This document shows positions 19,160 to 28,199 of a stretch of DNA of 62,439 bases, piece after piece. Origin of the DNA: Candidatus Heimdallarchaeota archaeon (GTDB lineage Archaea; Asgardarchaeota; Heimdallarchaeia; Heimdallarchaeales; Heimdallarchaeaceae); NCBI GenBank assembly GCA_030607575.1, contig JAUWJS010000002.1, positions 1 through 62,439 of the forward strand. The letters run 5' to 3'. Both the position numbers and the translations under genes were made by a program. How positions within the stretch are numbered: position 1 is the stretch's first letter; each line of letters begins with the position of its first letter. The notes under the pieces are model-generated. The model saw nothing but the letters and a program-made list of their open reading frames with translations. It was not told the origin of the DNA and searched no databases.

Positions 19160-20164
19160 TTGAATATAGACACTCGAATTAACTTGATTGGAGTGACTTC
19201 TACTAAGCTGAATCTTCCATTAGAGGTAGATCAAATAAATTCTTACCTATCTGATTTAAGAAATCATAGTCCATTTGATGATGAAATCAATGATTTAATT
19301 GATCAAATTCTTCAAAATGGCGGTAAAAGGATTAGACCTCTAATCTGCCTTCTTTCATTTGAGATGATATCAAATGAACAGCGCAATGATACGAGTTTAG
19401 CTGCAGCTTGTTCTCTAGAAGTTATTCATAATGCATCACTGTTAATTGATGATATTTTCGATAAAGATATTTTTCGAAGAAAAGAAAAATCTTTCTACTT
19501 AAAATATTCCACTTTCGCAGCACTTTCAATTTCTTATTCCCTAAGTAGTTTAGCATTAAGCTTAGCTTCTAAAACTAACGTTATTGAAATAGTTGATGAG
19601 TTAATTAAGGCAATTCATATACTATCAACTTCATTATTTTTAGAGCAAAAATTCCGGTCTGGAAAGAATAAGATGACTCAAGAGGAAGCGCTTCAGCTAA
19701 TTGATAGAAAAACTTCAAGTTTATTTGAAGCAGCCTCTGTTATTGGCGTTCTTCTAGGAAATAGCTCAAAAAAGGATAGAGAATCTATGAAGCTCTTTGG
19801 GAAATTATTTGGAAGGGCATTTCAATTGAAAGATGATTATTTCTCTTTGACTTCTGAGCAGAATGATTTGGGAAAATCAGGTGTTTGGACTGATATCTCG
19901 AACCGTATTCAAACCTATATAGTTTTAGAAGCAATGGATCTGGTCTCTCCTGATGAGAAGGAAATTTTAAATGACTATTATATTGATAAGAAAGACTTTC
20001 CAACTGAAAAAATTAAATCTATACTTGTAAATTCTGGAGCTCTTGAAATAGTAAAGAATCAAATATCTCAGTATATCAGTGAAGCAATTGCGATTCTTAA
20101 TATGTTTTCTAAAAGTCCTTCAAGAGATAAATTAATCGAAATAACAAATCTTTTACACATTTAA
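19160..20164 (+). CDS. trans-Polyprenyl diphosphate synthase family protein with atypical second Asp-rich motif
   Basis: 334 aa. GGKRIRP; first Asp-rich motif EVIHNASLLIDDIFD; second motif reads FQLKDDYFS (DDxxS rather than DDxxD) followed by LGKSG. TTG start, no in-frame ATG nearby. Confidence 0.7.
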   Translation: MNIDTRINLIGVTSTKLNLPLEVDQINSYLSDLRNHSPFDDEINDLIDQILQNGGKRIRPLICLLSFEMISNEQRNDTSLAAACSLEVIHNASLLIDDIFDKDIFRRKEKSFYLKYSTFAALSISYSLSSLALSLASKTNVIEIVDELIKAIHILSTSLFLEQKFRSGKNKMTQEEALQLIDRKTSSLFEAASVIGVLLGNSSKKDRESMKLFGKLFGRAFQLKDDYFSLTSEQNDLGKSGVWTDISNRIQTYIVLEAMDLVSPDEKEILNDYYIDKKDFPTEKIKSILVNSGALEIVKNQISQYISEAIAILNMFSKSPSRDKLIEITNLLHI

Positions 20165-20179
20165 AAAAAGAAGTAGGAA

Positions 20180-21259
20180 CTATTCAGATCTAATTCCTTG
20201 TATATACTCACTAAACCAGATATGTGCTGTGTATCTATCTGTTGTAACAGGCGGAGCTTTGAACCCATAAGCACAGATTGAACTTATTGGACCACTTCCT
20301 GCTCGATTAATAGCTACTTTTGTTGCTCTTATTACATCTACAAGGGTTCCCGCAGCATTAGGACCATCTAAAGTTTCTAATCTAATATCTATTTTAACTG
20401 GCATCTCCATGAATCCTTCTCCTAGTATCCAGAAATGACCCACGCGCCTATTTCCTAAGAATTCCAAATAATCTGAAGTCCCACTTGCAAGATTAATATC
20501 ATTGCCAAAAGATTGTTTAATGCTCCTTTCTTTTACTTCACGTTTGTATTGTTTTCTATCATCATCAAGTGTATTCAGCGTATCAAGCCCCCCAGCAACA
20601 TCTAGTTGATAAGTGTCTTTTATAATAACCCCTTGTTCCCTTAAAACATCTAGAAACCCTTTATGAAGAACAGTTCCTCCAGCTAAGGATTGTAAATCAT
20701 CACCTAGAACACATACATTTGCTTTTTTGAATTTTCTTGCCCAACTAGGGTTGTTAGCAATACTAGTAGGTGTACAATTTATGAATGCTACTTCTGCATC
20801 AAGAGCTGCTTGAGCATATGTTTCAACGGCATTTTCTGCACCTGAAGGAAGAGCACAAATAAGAATCTCAGATTCTGAATCCTTTAATATTTCAACAACA
20901 TTTGCTTCAGAACCCTCTGCTACCTTTATGACTTCAAGCAGATGATTTGAAAGACCATCCTTCAAAGGTCCTTTATGAACTTTAACATTGGTCTTTTCAA
21001 CTTTCACAAATTGGGGAGTACTATTGATTGGTGCAAATATAGCCTCTTCTAAATCTTTTCCGACCTTATCAGTATCAACATCAAAAGCAGCAACAATTCG
21101 AATATTCTTAGCTTCATAACTACTGATTTTCGGATAAAGAAGTTTTTCCTTTTTATCTTCAAAGATATTAAGATAATTAATGCCTTGAAGTAAACCTGAA
21201 GCAATATTCCCGATACCGGCGATTGCTATTTTTATAACGTCATTTTTCACCATTAACAC
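20180..21259 (-). CDS. Inositol-3-phosphate synthase-like paralogue (divergent)
   Basis: 359 aa, collinear with the upstream ino1 (IAIAGIGNIASGLLQG, LGDDLQSLAGGTVLH, GPNAAGTLVDVIR). Substitutions fall at positions conserved in the canonical copy (GDDIKSQ -> GDDLQSL; NIGGNTDF -> DVAGGLDT). Confidence 0.6.
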   Translation of the reverse strand: MLMVKNDVIKIAIAGIGNIASGLLQGINYLNIFEDKKEKLLYPKISSYEAKNIRIVAAFDVDTDKVGKDLEEAIFAPINSTPQFVKVEKTNVKVHKGPLKDGLSNHLLEVIKVAEGSEANVVEILKDSESEILICALPSGAENAVETYAQAALDAEVAFINCTPTSIANNPSWARKFKKANVCVLGDDLQSLAGGTVLHKGFLDVLREQGVIIKDTYQLDVAGGLDTLNTLDDDRKQYKREVKERSIKQSFGNDINLASGTSDYLEFLGNRRVGHFWILGEGFMEMPVKIDIRLETLDGPNAAGTLVDVIRATKVAINRAGSGPISSICAYGFKAPPVTTDRYTAHIWFSEYIQGIRSE

Positions 21260-21260
21260 C

Positions 21261-22367
21261 TCAGTTAGTTATTTCTCCTCTTATGAATTTTTCAACGAGT
21301 TCTTTAGCTTCTGAATCTCTTATTTGTTCAGGAGGATGCTTAAAGAAGTAACTAGAAACTCCTATTAGAGGACCACCAATATTTCTATCTAATGCAATTT
21401 TCAAAGATCTTATTACATCGATCATAACACCAGCACTATTAGGTGAATCTTGCACACTCAATTTTAGCTGAGCTGTAATAGGTTGTTCCCCAAAGTTCCT
21501 ACCTTTTAACCAAAGATAACATATTTTTTCATCATCTAGAAAGGGAACATAATCAGAAGGGCCAATTCTAGTAGGAACTTCATAAGGTAACATGCTTGTA
21601 ACAGCTTCAGTTTTTGAAATTCTCTTTGTAGTTAGTCTGTATTCCTTTTTCATGTTTTCGAAATCTGTATTTCCACCAATATTCAGTTGAAAAGTTTCAT
21701 CCAGCTTTATTCCTCTATCATGAGCTAGTGAAACAAGAACACGATGTAATATTGTTGCACCAAGCTGAGATTTTATATCATCTCCTGCAACAGGTATATT
21801 CTTATCAGTGAATTTTTGACCCCATTCAGGTTTTGAAGCTATAAATGCTGGAATTCCATTTGCAAAAGCTACGTTTGTATCTAATGCAGCTTGTGCATAA
21901 ACTTTTGATGCTTCTTCACTTCCTACAGGAAGGAAGTTGACTAACACATCTGCATTAGATTCTTTTAAAGTATCTACAATATTTACAGGTTGCATTTCTG
22001 AGGGATCATAACAGTGAAATGATTCCATCATATGTGGAGCAACTCCATCATTAATAGGACCAGGTTTAACAGTAATTCCCTTATGAGGGACATCTGAAAA
22101 CTTATTACAGACATTAGGACTTTGCCAGATAGCCTCAGATATATCTTTACCAATCTTCTTAGTGTTAACCTCAAAAGCAGCTACTACTTCAACATCTGAA
22201 ATATGATACTCACCAAACCTAACATGCATAATCCCGGGTACGAAATCGTTCTCATCAGCATTTTGGTAATATTCTAAACCTTGTACCAGAGCTGATGCAC
22301 AGTTACCAAGACCAGCAATTGCTACTTTAACTTTTTTCGACATGAGTTCACCCTTTTCTTCAAACAC
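21261..22367 (-). CDS. ino1: myo-Inositol-3-phosphate synthase
   Basis: 368 aa. VAIAGLGNCASALVQGLEYY, GIMHVRFGEYH, YLPVGSEEASKVYAQAALD, GDDIKSQLGATILHRVL, ISKTEAVTS and DSPNSAGVMIDVIR closely parallel bacterial/archaeal Ino1 such as the mycobacterial enzyme. Confidence 0.85.
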   Translation of the reverse strand: MFEEKGELMSKKVKVAIAGLGNCASALVQGLEYYQNADENDFVPGIMHVRFGEYHISDVEVVAAFEVNTKKIGKDISEAIWQSPNVCNKFSDVPHKGITVKPGPINDGVAPHMMESFHCYDPSEMQPVNIVDTLKESNADVLVNFLPVGSEEASKVYAQAALDTNVAFANGIPAFIASKPEWGQKFTDKNIPVAGDDIKSQLGATILHRVLVSLAHDRGIKLDETFQLNIGGNTDFENMKKEYRLTTKRISKTEAVTSMLPYEVPTRIGPSDYVPFLDDEKICYLWLKGRNFGEQPITAQLKLSVQDSPNSAGVMIDVIRSLKIALDRNIGGPLIGVSSYFFKHPPEQIRDSEAKELVEKFIRGEITN

Positions 22368-22438
22368 GAAAATTAATTTGAACTAATTGAGCAAAGGAAC
22401 GTTATGCTTTTAAAAAGTTTTACCCTATATATGTTAAT

Positions 22439-23359
22439 ATGTCCTCAAAAAGAAAAACTATTCTCATTACTGGTGGGTTAGGACAAATTGGATATTACCT
22501 TTATGAGGAATTAAAGAGTCAATATAATCTCTGCATACTAGATAATAAATCAACATCCAAATTTGAACCTCCAGAAGATGTTATTTTTATTGAAGGTGAT
22601 ATCGTAGATAGTGAGGTTTTTTCAAAACTTCCTGAGATTGATTTTGTGATTCACCTAGCAGCACAAATCAGTATTGAGAAATCTACTCAATCTCCACTTT
22701 TTGATGCAGAAATCAATGTAATGGGGACTTTAAATGTTTTAGAATATGCTTTAAAACAGAATGTTCAGAAATTCATTTATATCAGCTCTGCGGCAATCTT
22801 TGGGCATCCAGAATCCCTTCCAATTACTGAAGACCATCCTAGAAATCCACTTTCTCCATATGGTTTGAGCAAGTCAGTAGCAGAGAAATATGTCAAGCTT
22901 TTTTCAGAACTATATAACCTGAATACTGCTATAGTTATTCCTTTTAATTTGTACAGCCCAATTCAAGCTGAAGATGATCCCTATGCTGGTGTAATTTACA
23001 AATTCATTAAACAAGTGAAACAAGGAAAACCACCCATTATTCAAGGAAAAGGTGACCAATCAAGAGATTTTGTGCATGTTAAGGATGCGGCTAAAGCTAT
23101 AAAACTAGTTCTTGAAGCTGTCAAAGGAGATATTACCATGTTTAATATTGGCTCAGGTAAATCAACCACAATAAATGATTTGGCTAAATTAATTATTGAA
23201 ATCAGTGGAAAAGATTTAGTCCCTCAGTATACAGATGCAAGACTAGGGGACATTGACCATAGTTACTCTTCAATTGACTGTGCAAAGAGAGAACTGAACT
23301 ATAATCCGGTTATTACTTTAAAAGAAGGTTTAGAAGAACTCTATTTGAAGCTGCAATAA
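22439..23359 (+). CDS. NAD-dependent sugar-nucleotide epimerase/dehydratase (GalE-like)
   Basis: 306 aa. Rossmann motif ILITGGLGQIGYYL and catalytic YGLSK (YxxxK); extended-SDR length. Confidence 0.75.
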   Translation: MSSKRKTILITGGLGQIGYYLYEELKSQYNLCILDNKSTSKFEPPEDVIFIEGDIVDSEVFSKLPEIDFVIHLAAQISIEKSTQSPLFDAEINVMGTLNVLEYALKQNVQKFIYISSAAIFGHPESLPITEDHPRNPLSPYGLSKSVAEKYVKLFSELYNLNTAIVIPFNLYSPIQAEDDPYAGVIYKFIKQVKQGKPPIIQGKGDQSRDFVHVKDAAKAIKLVLEAVKGDITMFNIGSGKSTTINDLAKLIIEISGKDLVPQYTDARLGDIDHSYSSIDCAKRELNYNPVITLKEGLEELYLKLQ

Positions 23360-23406
23360 ATTTCTTTTGTTACAAAAAGTAAAAATATAACTTATTCTTT
23401 ATAATA

Positions 23407-25215
23407 TTGATGCCAGATTTTGTTATCGATACAAATTTCTATATTAGTGGGTTTCAAACTTTACCTAATACATTCTCCAAATTTGCTAAAGCTTCCAAAG
23501 CTCTCAAATTTGAAATTTATATGACATCCTATATTAAGAATGAAATGAGGTTTTTTCTTCAAAGGGAAATTACACCTCATGTAAAAATAGTAGATGTAGA
23601 TCATTCGGAATTTCAAAAGTTTCTTCACAAAGTGCATAAACATACAACAAACCTTCCACAAAAACCAGATTTGTCTGTCATTTACTTAGCTGATAAATTG
23701 GGTGCAACTATTGTGAGTAGTGATTTAAAGCTTCTAGAAACAGCTGAATTGATTGGAATTCCAACACATACAAACAGCGCATTCACCAAATTTATTCTTG
23801 AAGAGAACAAAGACCCTACTTTGAATTCATTTCTTAAAGAACTGGAGAATAAGTTGCTGACGGCAGAAATTCGATATTCAATTGAGAGTACAAACAGATA
23901 TGATCCAGTAAAAAGAATTAGAAAAATAATAGATTCTGCAATATCTGTTATTAGGAGTGAATATGAAGAAAAAATGACACAGTTGGCTCAAAGTGATTTA
24001 CCTGAAACAGATGGTTTTTCAATTGAATCCTTACAATTAAAGGAGCTCCTTACTGAAGTTCAAAGTGATTTACAACGCTTAGAAGATGATTTTAACTCAG
24101 GTAAATATATGGAATTAGAAGCTGAATTATTAGCTAGAATTCGAGAAATAACTGACTATTTAGTGGATTGGAAACTTGCTATTGATAATATAGAAGATCA
24201 CATAATCTATAATGAATCTCTTCAACTTTTAGGTCGACTACATTATTTGTCTTGCATCAGTTTAGTTGAAAATAAGAAAGTTGATCTTGCGAGAGTCTAC
24301 ATGGATAAATTGATCATGATATTATTACAAAACTCAGAAGCAAACGAAAAATATGGAATAGATGTTCATTTCTTGCGGATGATTATTTTACTTTTATCAG
24401 GACAATTTCAGAGATTGAATTCCTACTTCACTCCAGCTTTTGAGGATGAATGTAACGAATACCAGAGAGCTGATGTTGTCAATGTTATAAGGGCACTAAT
24501 CTTGCTAACTGTTATTCTAGGAGGGGAAAAAGCAGTAGAAACAGCTAAAGATTATGATTATGATAACATTGAATTTATCAATCAACTTGGGTTTAAATTC
24601 ATGCAGTTAGAAGATTTACAGAAAGCTGCTTTAATGTTTGAGCAAACCTTTTACCTTTCTCTTAATTCCAAAAATAGAGGATTATGTATTGCTAGCTTAG
24701 AATATCTAAGTTGGTTATATTTCTCTGGTTTTCATCCAGCTAAATCAGTCATTCAAAATCTATATGAAATTTTGATTAAGAAATTTCCAGAGATCAAATC
24801 TAGTTATCAAGTCAGTTTACAGGTTACAAGTAAACCCAAAGATTTAGAGAATTTCACTTCATCTACATATCAACCTCTTTCTGCACTAGCAATAGATTTG
24901 AAATCTCCTCTTTATTGCGTAGGAATCTCTTATATGAAAGAGAAAAACAAAATCAAGCCATTAATTAAAGTGATGAACTGGGGGATGATGGCTAGAATTG
25001 GCATTATAGATGAGAATCAAGAATTAGTTCGAAATTCAACTCTTGGTAATACTATTCATCTTATTGATGGTAAATTCAAAATTGTACCTGCTTCATCCCA
25101 TTTTAGAAAACAACATGATGTAGAGTTGATTTTGCATATAGACCACGTTTCCCAGCCAACAATATTGTGTAGATCTCCTGGAGGATGGGAGTTAACAACT
25201 ATTGCTGACGAGTGA
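23407..25215 (+). CDS. PIN-domain protein with coiled-coil, helical-repeat and C-terminal beta-rich regions (unknown function)
   Basis: 602 aa. The N-terminal ~135 aa look like a PIN fold (FVIDTNFY, NEMRFF, IVSSDLKLLETAELIGIP). The rest has no recognised motif. The likely true start is ATG at 23410. Confidence 0.5.
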   Translation: MMPDFVIDTNFYISGFQTLPNTFSKFAKASKALKFEIYMTSYIKNEMRFFLQREITPHVKIVDVDHSEFQKFLHKVHKHTTNLPQKPDLSVIYLADKLGATIVSSDLKLLETAELIGIPTHTNSAFTKFILEENKDPTLNSFLKELENKLLTAEIRYSIESTNRYDPVKRIRKIIDSAISVIRSEYEEKMTQLAQSDLPETDGFSIESLQLKELLTEVQSDLQRLEDDFNSGKYMELEAELLARIREITDYLVDWKLAIDNIEDHIIYNESLQLLGRLHYLSCISLVENKKVDLARVYMDKLIMILLQNSEANEKYGIDVHFLRMIILLLSGQFQRLNSYFTPAFEDECNEYQRADVVNVIRALILLTVILGGEKAVETAKDYDYDNIEFINQLGFKFMQLEDLQKAALMFEQTFYLSLNSKNRGLCIASLEYLSWLYFSGFHPAKSVIQNLYEILIKKFPEIKSSYQVSLQVTSKPKDLENFTSSTYQPLSALAIDLKSPLYCVGISYMKEKNKIKPLIKVMNWGMMARIGIIDENQELVRNSTLGNTIHLIDGKFKIVPASSHFRKQHDVELILHIDHVSQPTILCRSPGGWELTTIADE

Positions 25216-25268
25216 ATTGAAACTAATACTTCCGAAATTCTTTTTATAGTTAATGCAGAAGAGAACAT

Positions 25269-25988
25269 ATGGAAGTAGTTGAAACAGGGATAATTGGATT
25301 AGATGGAATTCTTGGTGGGGGACTACCTAAAGGGAGAACCATTCTAGTTGCAGGCCCTGCTGGAGCCGGAAAATCTACATTTGGCATGCAATTTCTTTAT
25401 CATGGTATCGTATCAGGTGGAGAAAGTGGAATTTTTGTTTCATTCGATGAACATCCCGAACATGTACGAGAAGAAGCTTTGAATTTTGGTTGGAACCTAA
25501 ATGATATTGAAAAGGATAATCTACTTGTAATTATTGATGGTTTTAGCCCTAGAGCTGGAGTCAGTTCAGAAGAGGAATATCAAACACCTGTAGATGTTGA
25601 CGAACTTATTACTCAGTTAGTAGAAATAATTGATAAGACTTCAGCTGAAAGAGTTGTCATTGACAGTATAACAGCTTTAGCTTTATCTATGACAGATGAA
25701 CAACAAATCAGGAAACAAATTCTCAAACTCAGTGCAGTTATGTCTTCTTTAGAATGTACAACTGTCTTAACAAGTGAAATGAGAAGTGGAGTAGTAAGTA
25801 GATTTGGTGTTGAAGAATTCATGAGTCAAGGAGTTATAGTCTTGAATTATGAATATAGAAATAATGTTGCCATACGCAGTATGAATATCCGCAAAATGCG
25901 TGGCTTGAAGCACGAAATGTCTGAAAGACCATTTTCTATAACTCCAAATGGTATAGAAGTTTATGCAAGTGAGCAATTCTACTTTTAG
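25269..25988 (+). CDS. RecA-superfamily ATPase, single-domain KaiC/aRadC-like
   Basis: 239 aa. GIIGLDGILGGGLPKG, Walker A VAGPAGAGKST and Walker B RVVIDSITAL; typical archaeal KaiC-like size. Confidence 0.75.
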   Translation: MEVVETGIIGLDGILGGGLPKGRTILVAGPAGAGKSTFGMQFLYHGIVSGGESGIFVSFDEHPEHVREEALNFGWNLNDIEKDNLLVIIDGFSPRAGVSSEEEYQTPVDVDELITQLVEIIDKTSAERVVIDSITALALSMTDEQQIRKQILKLSAVMSSLECTTVLTSEMRSGVVSRFGVEEFMSQGVIVLNYEYRNNVAIRSMNIRKMRGLKHEMSERPFSITPNGIEVYASEQFYF

Positions 25989-26059
25989 TTTTATCGTAAA
26001 ATCTAGCCGTTGATAGTAAGATTTAAAATAAGCTGTAAGATGCACCAGATAGTGATTAA

Positions 26060-26278
26060 ATGGGTAATATTCGAACAAGCCAAGTAAAACGGTTATCCAA
26101 ACAAATTGTAAGAGATTTTCATGACCAACTCAATACAGAATTTGAAAACAACAAACATGTAGTTGAAGAAGTTTGTACCACAATGTCTAAGAAGATGCGA
26201 AACCTGATAGCTGGGTATGTTACACGCATTATGAGACAATTCAAAGATCAAAAAATACAAGTTTTAGAAGAACTCTAA
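26060..26278 (+). CDS. rps17e: Ribosomal protein eS17
   Basis: 72 aa. MGNIRTSQVKRLSKQIV...FENNKHVVEE...KKMRNLIAGYVTRIM parallels the eukaryotic/archaeal S17e consensus (MGRVRTKTVKK...NKRVCEE...KKLRNKIAGYVTHLM). Confidence 0.9.
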   Translation: MGNIRTSQVKRLSKQIVRDFHDQLNTEFENNKHVVEEVCTTMSKKMRNLIAGYVTRIMRQFKDQKIQVLEEL

Positions 26279-26369
26279 GTTCATTATTAGATTCTTTTTA
26301 TCTACTCTTTCTTAAGAAAGCATATGATTCAAGGAAAATATATATACTGACAGAAAGAGACACCCTTCA

Positions 26370-28109
26370 ATGAAAAGACTACCTTTATATTCAAAGCTTG
26401 CTGCATTATTTCTAAACTTTTTTTGTTTCGTAACAGGTATTATTTATTTTGCTTATCCAAATAATTCGCATTTTTGGAATTTTGCAGGAATCGTCTACAT
26501 TTTAACTATTCTCTTTGACAGCTCCATTGTTCTTTATGTGGGAAAAAAATTAAATCCAGAAATGAAAATTGTAAAAAGGTTTCGTATAGCATCTTATGGA
26601 TATTATTTTTTTGTAGTTATTGCTTATTTCCTTATTTTCTTTGCTAATTTTATAGGATATGGACCTAATCCATCTTCAAATGTAGCAATTGGACTTATGA
26701 TAGGAGTTGGTTATTTTGGAATTTTACTCTATCCTTCATTTTTAATTGTGTTCTCCCTTCTTAAATTTAAAAATGAAATGTTAGATTATTCTGAGAAAAT
26801 TACTTCAGAGAAAAAATCATTGAAGAATGTAATTTTACTTATTCTAAGAGCTGTTATAGTATTAATCTGTGTAATTTCTCTATCTTTAGGAATTTTGGTA
26901 GATATAACTATAATCAACCCAAACACTTTGAGGTTTTTAGGTTTCGGATTAGGTGTTTTTGCAGCTCAAACTGGTCTTTTTTTTGGTCTTGGATGTATAG
27001 GTTCAACATTTCTAATATTATACACAATCCGAAGGTATACTAAATTTTTTAAAACTAAAATCACATCTATTTCAGTTTTAGGATTTTCTGTAGCCATATT
27101 ATGTTTTATGCCTTTATTTTCAACTCCATCTTTCAGTGCAGCAGCATATAATGATTTCTCAGATGCATATAATCCATATTTTGGAGGAAGCTGGGAAACT
27201 ACAATCGATTCATCTGGTTTCAAAGATTTCTTCCTGAAAAATCCATTTCAACTGACTGGGTATTTTCTAGGTAGTGGAAATCCTTCTTGTGTCATTATTC
27301 CGGATATATTGTATTTTGATGGAAGTACTAGTAATTATTCAGTTGACCAAAATATACAACTCTTCTTTGATGCTTATTTACCACCTAACAGTGGTGTTGG
27401 ATTGCCTGGTGAAAATTCAACAATTATTAGAATACACGGAGGTGGTTGGGTTCTTGGAGATAAGAATTTAATGAACATAAGAATGATGAATAGATATCTT
27501 GCTGCTCAAGGATATTGTGTGTTCGATATTCAGTATGGATTAAATAACGTGTCTAATCTGATGGGAGGATTTTCAGTAGGTCCTGAATATGTTTTCGGTA
27601 ATTTTACACTAGATGATATTATGCGACATATTGGTAATTTCACTCTGTTCTTAGAAACTCATTCTTTTGAATATGGGTCTAATCTTGATTCAGTCTTCAT
27701 TTCAGGAGGTTCATCAGGAGGTCAACTTACCGGTGCTGTGGCTTTAAGCATAGATTCTGGAAATTATACTAGTACTTTTTCCAATGCAATGACAATAAAA
27801 GGATTGATTCCTTATTATCCTGCAAACAATATCACAGCAGATTTTGCTATTGGTAGTAAAGCAAAATGGGCTGATCCAAATCTTTTAGTAGTATCTGACT
27901 CCCCTCCAAGTTTGCTATTCCAAGGAGCTAAAGATAACTTAATCAGAGAATCTTTAAGATTTCAGAAAACATATAGTGATTTGGGAAGAAGCGATTGTGC
28001 AGTATTAATATTTCCATATGCTGGTCATGCAAATGATCTTTACTTCCCTGGGTATTATAATCAAGTGTTTCTCTACTATATGGAGCGGTTTTTGTATCTG
28101 TACCATTGA
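26370..28109 (+). CDS. Membrane-anchored alpha/beta-hydrolase (HSL-type esterase/lipase-like)
   Basis: 579 aa. About 250 aa of N-terminal TM helices, then the IHGGGWVLGD oxyanion-hole motif, the GGSSGG nucleophile elbow (GxSxG) and a C-terminal AGHAND histidine. Confidence 0.65.
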   Translation: MKRLPLYSKLAALFLNFFCFVTGIIYFAYPNNSHFWNFAGIVYILTILFDSSIVLYVGKKLNPEMKIVKRFRIASYGYYFFVVIAYFLIFFANFIGYGPNPSSNVAIGLMIGVGYFGILLYPSFLIVFSLLKFKNEMLDYSEKITSEKKSLKNVILLILRAVIVLICVISLSLGILVDITIINPNTLRFLGFGLGVFAAQTGLFFGLGCIGSTFLILYTIRRYTKFFKTKITSISVLGFSVAILCFMPLFSTPSFSAAAYNDFSDAYNPYFGGSWETTIDSSGFKDFFLKNPFQLTGYFLGSGNPSCVIIPDILYFDGSTSNYSVDQNIQLFFDAYLPPNSGVGLPGENSTIIRIHGGGWVLGDKNLMNIRMMNRYLAAQGYCVFDIQYGLNNVSNLMGGFSVGPEYVFGNFTLDDIMRHIGNFTLFLETHSFEYGSNLDSVFISGGSSGGQLTGAVALSIDSGNYTSTFSNAMTIKGLIPYYPANNITADFAIGSKAKWADPNLLVVSDSPPSLLFQGAKDNLIRESLRFQKTYSDLGRSDCAVLIFPYAGHANDLYFPGYYNQVFLYYMERFLYLYH

Positions 28110-28199
28110 CTTCTATTCCTATTATTTTGTCCATTCGAATAGCACTAAACACTGGAAATTTAGGAAAAAGATATTAACTTAGTAGCCGAAAATCTTATC

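Noticed and set aside
25767-26078. A 103-aa minus-strand ORF spanning the KaiC-like gene end and the eS17 promoter region.
   Set aside because: It overlaps two well-supported plus-strand genes. Its composition is Tyr/Phe/Ile-rich with no motifs, so it is a likely antisense artefact.
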